Positions 40,273-53,101 of a stretch of 64,000 nt of DNA are shown here, piece by piece. Origin of the DNA: Geosiphon pyriformis uo1 (Eukaryota > Fungi > Glomeromycota); NCBI GenBank assembly GCA_016748015.1, contig JAAOMT010000607.1, forward strand, positions 186,001 through 250,000. The letters run 5' to 3'. The notes under the pieces were generated by a model, which searched no databases, had not been told where the DNA came from, and saw only the letters and a program-made list of their open reading frames with translations. Position numbers and translations under genes: made by a program. Every line of letters starts with the position of its first letter. The first letter of the stretch is position 1.

Positions 40273-43192
40273 ATAAGTGATTATTTATACTTGTTACAAC
40301 AATTAAAAGAACATTTTAAAGCACATAACAAAAATAATCTAGACTTTATTAAACTCAATCCTTTGCTCTTCTGCTTGATTTGCTTCTCCATTGAAGAACA
40401 ATTTAGCAAACAATTTCAAGACTTTTGGAACTAGTTTTTAAACAAGCATTTAGCTGAAACCTACACATCTTATACAACATATTATTTTAATCAAGCTTAT
40501 TTTGAAAACAATTTTGAAAAAAGAAACAATAGCATCAATCAGCTTTTATATTCCACAACTTTTGAACAACAGCCCTCTGATTTCGAATATCTGAATCATC
40601 AAATTCACATTTGGATTGCTGCCCATCAATCAACTGAAACTTTTTTTAAAACAGAAAAAAAAAGCTATTAAACTGCTTCTATTTTTAATTTTTTTTCAAG
40701 TAAATCAGAACATTTCACACAAACAGTTATTCCTAAACCAATAACCCAAGACTCTATGCAACAAAATATTCTGATTGCTCTCCAAGGTATACAGACTGCT
40801 TTAGGGCAAAGAAACAATACCCTATTACTACTATTCAGAGGTGATGCACAAGATTCAATTGAATAGTTGGATAATTTTGAAAAAGCTGCTACAGCCAACC
40901 AGTATGATAAAGAATACAAGTTCCAAATTGTTGGTGGCTACCTCTAAGACTCTTCTGCTACTTGGTTCTTATAAGAAACAGATGCCAATGCTTAACACAA
41001 AATAATCAGATGGACACTAACTAATGCTAAAGAAAAAAATATCTCTTTTACTATCCAGTTTAAAACCAAATTCAAAACTCCAATATTAATATCCAAATGA
41101 CACATGAAATTAGAAAGAAGAACCCAAGGCCCTGGAAAAGTAGTGACTAAATATGCCAAAGCTATCAGAAAGCTAATCAAACATATAGATTCTGGGAGAA
41201 ACTGAACAGAAGAGCAAAAAATCTATTCCTTCACAAAAGAATTAAAAATCAATCTATTGTATGCTTTTTGGTCTCTCTTGGCTTTAAAAGACAACTCAAT
41301 AATGGATATGGCTATTGAACTGGCACAAAGAATTGAAAATAACCAAAAAATACATTTGAGATCTATATTTCCAGTTTTTGCTTCTGCTCCTGCCATGGCT
41401 CCAGCTTCACAAATAACTGCTACTTCTTTTGCCACTCATACTCAAGACTCCAATGAACAATTAATAGACAAATTTACTGCTAACTTTGCTCAGTTATTAG
41501 AACTATTAGCCCAAGCAGTTAGAGACAATCAGCAACTCCAAAGACCCAGATTTGAATCCTGTTTTAATCAGTTCTAGCAACTCCCTTATCAAAGACAACA
41601 AAATTGTGGTCCATCTGTGTATTATTACTGTAGATTAAATGAACATATTTTCAGAGATTGCAATAATTCTCCTTTGTCTCCTTCAGTTCCTAGAAACAAT
41701 AACAATCAAAACAACAGAACTATTAACAATAATACCTCTAATTAAAGACTCAATCATGCCAACATCAATTTCTTTGGAAAGGATCTCCTAGTTGAAGCCA
41801 CTGTTTATTAGTCTTTAAACTGATAGGTGTACCTCTAAAGGGTGAGAGTACAAGCCAACCAGAAAAAAACCCTTTTTTCACTTTTAACTTAATTGATAAT
41901 AATCATAAAATAGATGAATTAGCAATCAACACTTCTGAATCAACAAAAAAGAAAAAAAAGCCAAAGTTGATTTCATTCTAGATCCCAACAAAGTCTCAAC
42001 TTCCACTGCTGATAACAATAAGCCACCAAAAGCCAAGGTTTTTAAAAATTTTTTAAAGTTAGAACTCCCAAAAATAGTACAAAAATCTGGTTTCTATTCT
42101 GTTGTCAAAAATCTCATAGAAACCCCAGCTTATATTATCTTTGGCCAGTTAATAATTCATCCTCAATTCAGAAAAGATTTTTACAAATTACTATTTCCAA
42201 AAAAAAAAACACCAAAGACCAACAAATGCCTATGTCAAGCTGAACTTGCTGACATCAGTAATGTTACCCCTTTTATCTGTAAAACTCAAGTGGCTGGTTA
42301 CTTCATTGATCTGATCCTGAATAGTAGATTATCTGTTAGTGTCATTGTCAAATACTTTTTAGAAACAATTGGTAGAAAGATTGATGAACCATCCACATGA
42401 CCAATAACCAATGTACATAGTGACAAGAAAAAAGGTCTGGGCATAGCCAAAGCTGTTTCTGTCCGAATTAATGGCATCAACATTGAAACTGACATGGAAG
42501 TATCTGAAGCAAAAGAATACACCATAATAGTTGGCAATAAATGGCTCAAAAAAATTAAAGTCTTGCTTGATTATGAACTCTGTGAACTGATCATCAAATG
42601 TGATAAAAAACCTATTGTAGTTAAGTGTCACTATTAAACAACTCCTTTAGTACCCAAACAAAGCCAAGAAGAAAAACAATCAGATGAATCAAATGATGAT
42701 GAGAGTGATAATAAAGAAGATCAAAAAGAACAAAAAAAAACTGTTAAACTCGCCTATACTATCTTTACCAGCAATGGCAAGCCACTAGACAATATTAAAG
42801 CTAACAAAGAAGGAATCATGGTAAATGGCAAGCTGATCTGCTGGTTCTACTATGATATCCTCAGAAAAATCTTTGACAGAAAATCTGGCAAAAAAGCCAA
42901 ATACAGTTATTGGTAACATGATCTTTGTGCACAGTACTGGTGTAATAAACCTTTACCAAATGATAAATGCAAATCTTGTTTGATCTATTACAAAAATTGG
43001 AAACCAATTAGCTTGATACTTCAAGAAAAACTTAAAAAAATACAAAAGTCTTTTGAAAATAAATCACCTGAAATTCAATTACTAGTTATAGAACAAAGAA
43101 AACCTTCTCCTGAAGAAAAAAAAATAGACATTGAAAATTTGTTGGCTAAAAATAGTCTAGTTATTTTAAAAGAAAGTGATGCTTTTAAACAC
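40273..43192 (+). pseudogene. gag: E7 gag and protease
   Basis: LFRGDAQDSIE.LDNFEKAATANQY; RTQGPG; decayed knuckle ~41620-41662; protease LILNSRLSVS…TIIVGNKWL. Confidence 0.8.
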
Positions 43193-44303
43193 TGTTATGA
43201 GTAAACTTGGGGGATAATGGAAATGGTAATATTTGGTGCTTTCAATTATTGGTGATGCATTTTCCATGTAATTCTGTTGGCTTAGTCTTGATTATCAGTT
43301 TTTGAAGATCTATTTCTGGATGTAAATTTATTTGTTGAGTTTTTTGGTTATAAGACACAGAGTTTGTCTTTCATTGATTGCAACATTTTCTGTAAATGTG
43401 AGCTTTCTTCTCCAAACTAATAAGCACAGTCATTAGGGTCTGGCATTGTTTTTTTGCCCTTTTGGTAAGCTAACAAGATAATATTAATATCTAAAACTTA
43501 GGGGGAGCTTTCCTCTTTTACCAGGCTATTATGAAGTCTATTTTCAGACAGTTGATTTTACTATGTTGCTGCTCCACAAAAAAAAATAAGAAAGGAAAAA
43601 AAAAGAAAAAAAAAAGAAAAAAAAAAAAAGAAAAAATAAATTAGTATCATCAATCACTGTAATCAAGAGTGATTGGTCCAAATTGTTAATAGTTTGAAAC
43701 GGTTATGTTAAGAGCATCTGTTTTAAAACAAAGGTATAAGACAAGGATTAATTTATGTAAATTCCACAAAGTTCAAGAACATAAATTTGTGATTCTGATT
43801 TTTTTAATAATTGGTTTATTTTAGAAGATGAAATAGGGAAGATAATAAATAATGAAGGAGTATGAATATTTGATTCTTGTCTAGAGGTTTGTATCTATCT
43901 GTCTGTTTTTCTAACTTCTATAACTACTTGTTTTTATACATTTTTTTGGTTTTACAGGATTGCTTTCAATTGTCTTGCTATCATTAACTATTGTTTTGTT
44001 TTTTCTGTTATTGCTTTGTTTTTCTATGTTATTGCTAGTTATTCTATGTTATAACACATTATCTGATATTATTACATGTTATTCTGTGTTATTCTACATT
44101 ATAACACATTATCCTATATTATAACGCATTTATCTAATGTTATTGCACACTATTTTGTGTTATCCTGCATTATAACATGTTATTCTATGTTATAACATGT
44201 TATCCAACGTTATTGTACACTATTCTGTGTTATGTCACGTTTTGGTCATGTTTTGGTCACTTTTTCTTCATAACTTTGGATTAGTTTTTCTACTTGGATA
44301 ATA
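43193..44303 (-). repeat. E8 3' LTR
   Basis: Family-B LTR; PPT AAAGAGAGGGATAA at 44304-44317. Confidence 0.9.
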
Positions 44304-44317
44304 TTATCCCTCTCTTT

Positions 44318-45030
44318 TTAGAATTGAGCTCTTGTGAAATCATATGTATCTGTTCCTATGTCTTTGTTTATATAATGTTTGATGATTGCATTGAGTATTG
44401 TTTTTCATAGGTCTTTGAACTGTTGATTGGTAATTTGTCTTATGTCGATCTATACAACAGTATGTTTGGACAATATTGGAAAGCGGCATATAGTCAGTAT
44501 GCTGCTTTGTAATATAAGATCAGGTTTTTTTTCTCTACAAACTTTTCTACTTGTTGTATTGCTTTTTTGTTGAATGTTTTCTGGCTGAGGTCTTCATATA
44601 GTGTTTTTAAGTCAAGTTGTTCTCCAATTTTGTAGAACCAATATGTTGAAAAAAGTCTTTTTTTCCATTCCTGGGCATTGTTAGGTGTCCACTCTCTTGT
44701 TTTAGGGAGTTTAGTTTCATGAGCTAAAGCTTCTTTTATTTCTTCAAGCTTGGAGACCAAGTATTTTCTTTTGTAATCTTTTTCTCATTCTTTGCCTCTT
44801 TCTTCTCCACCTTCTGTCTGAAGACAATTTTTTCTCCAACATTGCCTTTTGGGTGGTGGGTAAAGAAGAAAATGTTTAGTTTTAATTGAATTCTCATCCT
44901 CCTCTCTCCTGCTCTTATCTTTGTACCATATCTCTTTTTTATCAATTGTTATTTCTATTTGAACAGGAGATTTTTGAATTGTTTTAAATAATTGTTTAGA
45001 TAATTTTAAAATTTGATCTGAAAGATCCAT
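44318..45030 (-). pseudogene. E8 ORF3 (second family-B copy)
   Basis: ORFs 44785..45282 and 44494..44760 read in one frame from ATG 45030; ends …AQF* beside the PPT. Confidence 0.75.
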
Positions 45031-45109
45031 GTTGAAATTTTTATTGTTTCTTGCTGCTTTTTGAATGCTATATATATTTGAATTCCCCAATTTAATTTGC
45101 TGTCTATTG

Positions 45110-46457
45110 TCTACATTTTGATGATGATGATTGGTTCCAGATCTTGTGGTATATCTTCTGGTTTGATTAATGAAATTTGTGTTCCTAGTTGAGGTACTGA
45201 TGATGATAATTTCAGTTTTGCATGATAAATTTTTAACCAATTTCCATGCACTACTTTCTTTAAAATCTTGTCTTCCAATCATAGTTTGTAAGCTCCATTT
45301 CCTAAAGCTTTGTGTATATGGAATAGACTGTCCTACTTTGGGTTGAACTTTTCACTCCACTATTTTTTAGCTTTTGTACGAAATAACAGTACCTGGTCTT
45401 CAATCTTGAATTCCATTGGTTGTTCAAGTAGGCAATTGTCATGTCTTTTTTTTTGTCATTTTTGAGTATTACTAATGTTATCAGCTGCTGTTCTTTGATT
45501 GTTTTCTAACATTTCTATTAGCTAGTATGTTCTGTGGTACAAGGTAGCTTTAAAATTCTCTTTGGTGATTGTTTCTGTTAGGTAGGACAATATTTCTTGT
45601 TTGATAGGTAATGTAGCTTTCCTTTTATAAACTAATTTGAATGGTGTGAAATGTGTTGTATTTTGCTTTAGTGTATGATATGCAAAGAGTACTGAAGGTA
45701 TGAATAAGTCCCATTTTTGTTCATTTTCTTAACTTATTTTTGTTAATCCTTCACACAGTATTTAGTTAAACCATTCTACCAGTCCATTAGTTTGTGAGTA
45801 GTATGATAACAATAAAAGACATTTTATACCAAACTGTTAGCTTAATTCTGTTAATGTATTATTGACAAAATGCATTCCTTAATCAGATAACAATTATTTC
45901 AGACACTTATGTCGGCAAATTAGGTTTTAATGTACAAACTCAGCTACTGTTTTGGTATTAGCTACTTGAATTGCTCTGGCTTCTGGCCATTTTGTAAGAT
46001 AATCAATGACTACAGTAATATACTAATTTCTTTTGGATGTAATTGAGAGAGAACCAACCAAATCAATCCCAATTTTATCAAATAGATTTTCAACTGGAAT
46101 AAGTTGAAGTGGTTCTGTTGATCTTGCTCCTCCTCTTTGCTGGCATGCATCACAATTGAGCACATATTCGAAAATGTCTTTGTACATCATTGGCCAATAG
46201 TATAAATTTAGTGTTTTTTTGAAGGTAGCATCTTAGTTAAAGTATCCTGACATTGGATCTAAGTGCATGCTATATAGTATAGTTTCTCTTTCACTGTCCT
46301 TAATTAGTCATTGTGAGGTGAGGTGGTTTTGGCATTCTCATTAATATAGTTGGTTGTCTTGAATAAAATAATTTCAGGCTTGTTTTCATATAGTACTTTG
46401 TTTCTGTTAAGATAATATCTCCTTGAAATGTAGTGTTAATAGGTACTAATGTAGTCA
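45110..46457 (-). pseudogene. pol: E8 integrase
   Basis: Colinear with E5 integrase (CDACQ, GIDLVG, KWPEA). Confidence 0.85.
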
Positions 46458-46476
46458 AGATGTGTATAAGAGACAG
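46458..46476 (+). other. Nextera/Tn5 mosaic-end adapter (assembly artefact)
   Basis: Exact 19-mer AGATGTGTATAAGAGACAG at the point where ~1.1 kb of RT/RH is missing relative to E5. Confidence 0.95.
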
Positions 46477-49476
46477 GAATTGTACTTTTCTATTTTTTTT
46501 TGTGACTAATACCACTGGAGAAAACCAAGGGCTTAATGATTTTTTAATCAGTCCATTGTCAAACATTTGTTGTACTTCTTGTTTAATCAGATTATCACCA
46601 AATGGGAGTACGTAGTAAGCTCATTGTTTAATCAGTCGAGCGTCTTCCATATCAATCTGATGCTTCACAATGTTGGTGTGTCTGAACTCATTTTTGCTGG
46701 CAAAGACATCAGCATACTGGTTCCGAAAGACTTTGAGTTGCATTTGTTGCAGGGTACTTAAGTTTTCTAAATTCAATTTATTGATCTTTTCTGGTATAAA
46801 CAAGTAACTTTCTTTTGGCAAATTCCATACTTGTGAGGTAATGTTACAGAATAAAAATAATTGTGTGAAATCTGGAATGGACTGGGGTTTTTTAAGATTC
46901 TGAATATTTGTGGATATGTAACCAATGAGGGTTCTTTTGGGGATTTTAATGACATCTTCTATGGGATTGTGGATGGGAATTTTGAAGTGTTTATGGGCTT
47001 TGGCTGGTAGGTATAGATTAGCAACATTGGCTAGAGAACAGATTTTGGAACTGGCTTCAAATAACAAGGCTTGATCTTAGATCTTTTGATTCACCTTGAA
47101 GATGTATTGTTGGTATGGGGGGATGGAGATAATAGTGTCAGTATAGATAAATTCTACCTGGTCACTGTCTTCTTCTGTGAAATTAACTGGTATGTTTTCT
47201 CTTCCACTTGATCCAAACCTGTTGATTTCTTGGACAGTAAGGCCTAATTCTTCTTGGGTTGTTACCAGGATCAATTGGGATATTTTGACTAAGGGTAAAA
47301 AGATAGCTTGGGCAATCTTTTCTTGTAATTCTATTTTGTAAAATCTGTCTGAATTGTTCTGTAGTATTATAATGATGTTCCCTGTGTAACAGGCATTTAT
47401 GATTCCTTTTTTTATGTCGATTCCTTTCTTGACTAAACTAGATCAAGAGACAATTTGTATCATTGTACTAACAGAAATTTTTAATGCTATCTTAAGATTT
47501 ATTTTTACAAGAGAATATGAGGCTATAATGATGGATGATTGTCCAGGATATCATAGATCAAAACTGGCATCGGTGTCATATGCTCTTTCAGAACAGATTT
47601 CTTTCTCGTTGTTACTGTATCATTTTAGCTCTAATTTTTTGGAAAGATCGAAATACATAAGATATTGTTTTGTTTCAGTATTTTTAGTTGGATCTTGAAA
47701 TAACATGTCTTTGGTAATCAATACCTTTTTTTCTTTGGGCTCAGATAGTTCAGTGATTGGAAACAGTATTTTTGGAAGCAGATTAAACATAAGATCACAT
47801 TCATCACAGTACTAAAAGTGATAGGAGATCAAACAGTAATTGCACAGTTTGGTATTCAAATCAGCCAACCTTTGCTCTTGTTCTTCACAAGTTGGGGCCA
47901 ATTCCTGATATTGGTTCTGAAATGCATCTGAATCATTTGTGAAGAAATCATCCATGGAGTAGTTGAATTCATTATATTTGGGCATCCAAAAGTTGTTCTT
48001 GATTTCTTGTATCTCTTCAGACATGGTATCTTTGGCTTTGGTGCTTGCCATTTTCCAGATTTTGTAGTTATCATGTGGATAACTGTCCAGCCTGTTGAGT
48101 GCTTGTTTCCAAGCATCTTTGATGGAGGTTCTCTTTTGTACCCAATTGTTGATTAATATGGTGTATTGACAAGCCTTGTCACATGTTTTTCCTCTGCCAG
48201 GCACATCATTTCAGAGTCCTTCATCAGGCAAGATCTCATCACATGCGAGGCATGGCATATTGTCTCACTTGCCTTGTTGCTTTGGTCATCTAAATCTTTC
48301 TAGTACATAAGGTCTGCAGTAGTTTTTGGTGGTGGTGAACCATTCTTTATTGTCTCCGATATATGCACCCATAGTGAATAGCTTCTTTTCACAATTAAAA
48401 CATATTAGTCTTAGAAGTTGGTAAAATAGATTTCTTTGGTTCAAAGTTACATATCCTATTGATAACAATTGGAGCTCTTCTTTAGCTCTGCCTTTTCTTT
48501 TTTCTTTTCAGGTTGATGGTGGGAGTAGTTCAATTTGATAGTTGTCTGCCCATGAAACCTAATAGATCTCAATGGTCAGTAGTAGTGGTATGTCTTCAAA
48601 TTCAATAAGGGGTTCCTTGATATGTTGGGTTTTAAAGTATCCACACATAGCTGGGACTCAGGCATACTGTCTGTTGAACATGAGTTGAAGTTCTTGGGTG
48701 TTTCAGTTGAGAGTAGCATTGGTCTTTGACAACTAATTATTTTCTACTAAAGCTTGATATTGAATAATTTCCATGACAAGTACTTTGATAGGAATTTGGA
48801 TTCTATTAATCTCGAAGAGAAAGTTGTCAATTTTTTCTATTGGGGTTTTTGTGTTTCTATCTGCTGTAATAATCCAGGCAGTAATAGCATGGTCTATTCA
48901 GTGACCTAGTTGGTCTATAAGCTGCTTTGGGATTATGCTACCAGCTAATCTGCTATTCAGGATTAACTTAATGTTTATTTCTCTGACTCTGGCATTGGTG
49001 TATAGGGCCATTATTGGTTTATCCTGATTGATGGCTGCTCCACTAAAAAGACTATGAGTATTCAAATTATCAATGTCAAAAGGAAATATCATGGCTAAAG
49101 TGGTGTCCTTGATAATAGTGGCTGGTGGGATATTGCTTTTTGTTTGCTTAAAAGGTTTGGAGGTTTGCTCTACATCTCTTTCTTTCATAGATGTAGATTT
49201 ATCAAAACTCTGGTTTTCCATGAGACTGAAATAGGAAGCTTGATTTAAGTATCCAGTTGGTGCTAGTCAAGATTGGTCAAGATGGTCCACTGTTAGTTTG
49301 CACCTGATTTTTGTTGGAATTCTTTCATTCCTGATTATAGTCTATAGCTCAAAGTCTGGATGGACTGTAAGGAGAAGTTGGATAGTGAGAGATTGCTTGT
49401 GTCATTGGTGGTGGTTGATAATAATTCTGGGGTGGTGGTTGAGTGTACAGGACTTGTTGTGCATATTGGGGTGGTT
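46477..49476 (-). pseudogene. pol: E8 gag tail, protease, Cys domain, dUTPase, dUTPase-like, RT start
   Basis: ORFs 48898..49221, 47812..48204, 47077..47274 and 46621..47067, colinear with E5. Confidence 0.85.
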
Positions 49477-51494
49477 GTCTGGCTCAATTTGGAGGAATTC
49501 TTGGTTCTGTTTATGTTTTTATCATCATTGTTTCCAATGATCAGGTTTTCCAGTATATTAAGGTAAGTTTGTTGATAATTTTGGTAGTTTGGATTGGTTT
49601 GCTGATTGGTTCTGGCACGGTTTGGATTCCTCTAAATCAACGCATTCTGGTTCCACATGGGCTGATTTCGGGCCTCGGAACGCCAATTCGGGTTGGCTAT
49701 CATAAGCTGTTGCTGGTAAGCTCCTTGATTTTGATACGTGGTGGGATATTGGCGTGGTATTGGCGTGTACTGGTTTCTGGGCATTTGGGGCACGTAGTAA
49801 TTATTTTTGCATGCTTCCTGCATCATTCGCATTCAACATTGACTAATTAAATGTCCTACGCATTTGCAAAAATGGCAGGCGCGCGTTCCTGTTCTGAATT
49901 CCTGGCGTGACGAGCAATTATTTCGACTGTTGCTGACTTCCTGGCTGCATCTTTGGGGTGGTTGGTATGTATTTTTTTTCAGATCCGGGATGAGGTAACT
50001 TTCTATTTTATTAGAAAGTTCCTCCCCTAATTGCGTTACTCTTTTCTTTAATGTTTCTGTCTTATTTTTCTCCATTACCATGTTAACCATTTGACTATGG
50101 TTAGCTTCTTTCTCAGCCAATTCAAGGGCTCTGGCGAGCATAACGGCTTCTGGTAAGGAATTAGAGTGGGCAGGGCGTACTCTTCCTAAAATGCTGCTTT
50201 TTAATCCTTTAATAAACTGATTTAAAACCTGAGGATCAGTGTAGTATCCTTGTTCAATTGCTTCAATCTGACGGTGAATTCGATTGAATCAAGCAAGGTA
50301 TTGGGTGACAGTTTCACCAGTATTTTGCTTGATAGTATTGAATTCGTTCTATAGTTGGATTACGGCATTTGGGTTGTTAAAATACTTTAGGAGTGCATTT
50401 TTAAATTCGGCGAAGCTTGTGGGTTTTGTTTCCAGACTTTGATACCACGAGTCGGCTGTGTCTTTCAGGAAGAAAAGTAATGTTTGAATTGCTCTTTGGT
50501 CATTCCAGTTATTTGCCTGGATGGCTTTTTGTGCTTCTCTGAGCCATGTGTGCATGTCCGTTTCTTCTTCCTCTCTTGAGAAATCTGTTAGTCTTGCAAT
50601 ATATGGTGTGGTTATTTCGTTGCCATTTTCTATTGGTGGGTTTATTGGTCTAAGAGAAAGTGGGATGATATTTTCTTGAGCGTTCCTAAAGGTGGCTTCC
50701 CTTATATCCGGTTCTTCCTCTTGATTATGAGTTTCTTGGTTTCTGGACTGGCTGCTTGTTTCAGTGACTGGTCTTGTAATTGTTTTTTCACTGGTCTTTT
50801 TTTCAGATTCCGATTCAGACTCCTCTTCACGGTTTTCAAACCCCGTTCTAAATTTTGGCTGAAAAAGAGGGTTTTGGAATAGTGATGAATATCCTCCTGT
50901 AATTGGTATGTCTTTCCAGTTACGTTGTTTAATTTTATCAGTATAACTAGGAGTTCTTGGCATTTGTGGAGTTAATGTTGATGATGATGCAGCTCCTAAT
51001 GGAATTTGTATCTTATTTTCTGGTAAAAAATAGTATGATTTATCTTCTGGTGAATAAATACATTGTTTTTTTATTGATTGAGTGACAGTTTTCTTTGGCG
51101 TTTGAGCTGGTGTTCCTAGTTTTTGCTGGTTACTTTCCTGATTAGTTTCTAAATTTTCTTTGGTTTTGTTGGCGCATTCCCTAGTGTTTCCTGTGGATAT
51201 TGGAAAATTTTTGTTGGCGTATTGCTCAATTTCTCGATGGATTTTGACAATAGTTGCAGCTATTACTGCTACTTCTTTTGTAGTGTATTGTGATAATTCT
51301 CTATACAATCCAAGTTTTGCGTCGTGTGGTTCTTCTTCCTTTCCTATATGATAATTTATTCTGGCGTTGATATAATAAGTGAGGGCAGATTCTACTGGAC
51401 AACACCTTTCTGGTAATTCAAGATCACTTTGATTTTGTGTGTAAATAGCATGACAAAATTCAAGAACAGTAAGATTAGGGGTTTTTGTTGCCAC
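49477..51494 (-). pseudogene. gag: E9 gag
   Basis: 381-aa ORF 50349..51494 plus ORF 49833..50141 with the CHFCKCVGHLISQC knuckle. Confidence 0.88.
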
Positions 51495-51576
51495 TTTTGT
51501 CTTTTCCTTTTTAGCAATGAATTATTGCTAATTATTATTTCTTTTTTGATTTTCTTTCCTTGTAGGGTTTACCAAA

Positions 51577-52452
51577 TGTTACGGAATGGTTTTCTTGTTA
51601 TATTTAATTGCTGATATCCCGTTTTAATTGCAATCAGTCTTTCGTGAGTTCCTCAATTCTATTTGTGTAATAATGTTACTGTTATACTGAAGGCTTTCTT
51701 TTTACTGTTGTGATGTAAGTTATTCTTTGATTCTTGATTGTTGTGTGTGTTTATGTACTCCTTTTCAGAGGCTGAACTGAAATCTACCCACTGTCTGGGG
51801 TCTTCTCTGAGGCTATCTTTGCAATTGCCTGATGTGTTTCTCTAATCTAGAAACACAAAATGTTAATGGTTTTTAGCGCTTTTCTAATTCTCACAATAAA
51901 GCTTTTATCAATTAGTAACAACGTGAATAATCTTGATCAAGGATTATTTTTCCAAGGGATTCAGTTAATGAATGATAGTTTCATTCAATAAATAATACAA
52001 GTAAGTTTCTTAATATTTTGGGTTGTGATAGTTCCATTTTAAATATTTTTTTCATTTCTTTTTGATTTTAAAAGGTTTCTTGGGATATTTAATTTGAAAG
52101 TATGATTTAAAGTGAAGTTTGTTGGATAAAATTGGATCTGTTGCTTGATAAGTTATGATTTTTATTACTTGATTGATTATTTTCCAATATTAAAACTATT
52201 GTATATATACATGTTTGTAGTTCTACAAAAAAACACATTGTAATACTTTCTTTTTGATATTTCAACCTGGTGTTTGCTGCTATCACCAGTTGGTGTTGGC
52301 TGCTATTGTGAACTGGTGCTTGCCACTATCACGAGATGGTGTTTGCTACTATGTTAATCATTACCTTTCTAAGATCATTACTGTGCTATATTATGATTGA
52401 ATAGTTTGTATTATTTTTATGATTCTTTTTGCTAAATTCTTAAACCATAACA
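51577..52452 (-). repeat. E9 5' LTR (family C)
   Basis: Reverse complement of 57363-58237; PBS at 51558-51574. Confidence 0.9.
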
Positions 52453-53097
52453 TTGTCAATCGCCATGATCAAGAGCAATTGGTCCAAATCATTAATAGTT
52501 TGAGGTGGTTATACTAAGAACATCTGTCCTAAAACAAAGGTATGAGACAAGAGTTAATTTATGTAAATTCCACGAAGTTCAAGAACATGAATTTGTGATT
52601 CTGATTTCTTTAATAATTGGTTTATTTTAGAAGATGAAATAGGAAAGATAATAAATGATGAAAGGGTATGGATATTTGATTCTTGTCTAAAAGTTTGTAT
52701 CTATCTGTTTGTTTTTCTAACTTTTACAACTACTTGCTTTTATACATTTTTTTGGTTTTACAGGATTGTTTTCAATTGTCTTGCTATTGCTAGCTATTGC
52801 TTTGTTATTTCTGTTATTGCTTTATTTTCCTACATTATTGCTAGTTATCCTATATTATAACACGTTATCTAACATTATTACATGTTATTCTGTATTATTC
52901 TGCATTATAACATGTTATCCTATGTTATAACACATTTATCCAATGTTATTGCATGCTATTCTGTGTTATCCTGTGTTATAACATGTTATTCTACGTTATA
53001 ATGCATTATCCAATGTTATTGCATGCTATTTTGTGTTATGTCATGTTTTGGTCATGTTTCTTTATAACTTTGGATTGGTTTTTTTACTCAGATAACA
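52453..53097 (-). repeat. E8 5' LTR remnant
   Basis: Matches 18851-19498. Confidence 0.88.
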
Positions 53098-53101
53098 ATG
53101 T

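Larger units (their letters stand above)
49477..52452 (-). mobile_element. E9: truncated family C element (5' LTR, PBS, gag) inserted in the E8 5' LTR
   Basis: Reverse-complement copy of ~57363-60340; family-B LTR sequence resumes at 52453. Confidence 0.88.
43193..53097 (-). mobile_element. E8: Ty3/Gypsy family B, rearranged (contains E9 and an adapter junction)
   Basis: 3' LTR 43193-44303, 5' LTR remnant 52453-53097; TSD acac/atgt (ancestral ACGC restores GRTHVIQH in E7 pol). Confidence 0.85.

Noticed and set aside
46440-46480. Biological RT/RNase H deletion in E8, or a real Tn5/IS50 end
   Set aside because: The 19-mer is the engineered mosaic end used in Nextera libraries, with no transposase or partner end.
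49440-49520. Functional chimeric C/B Gag-Pol at the E9-E8 junction
   Set aside because: The fusion is out of frame with the family-B gag tail.
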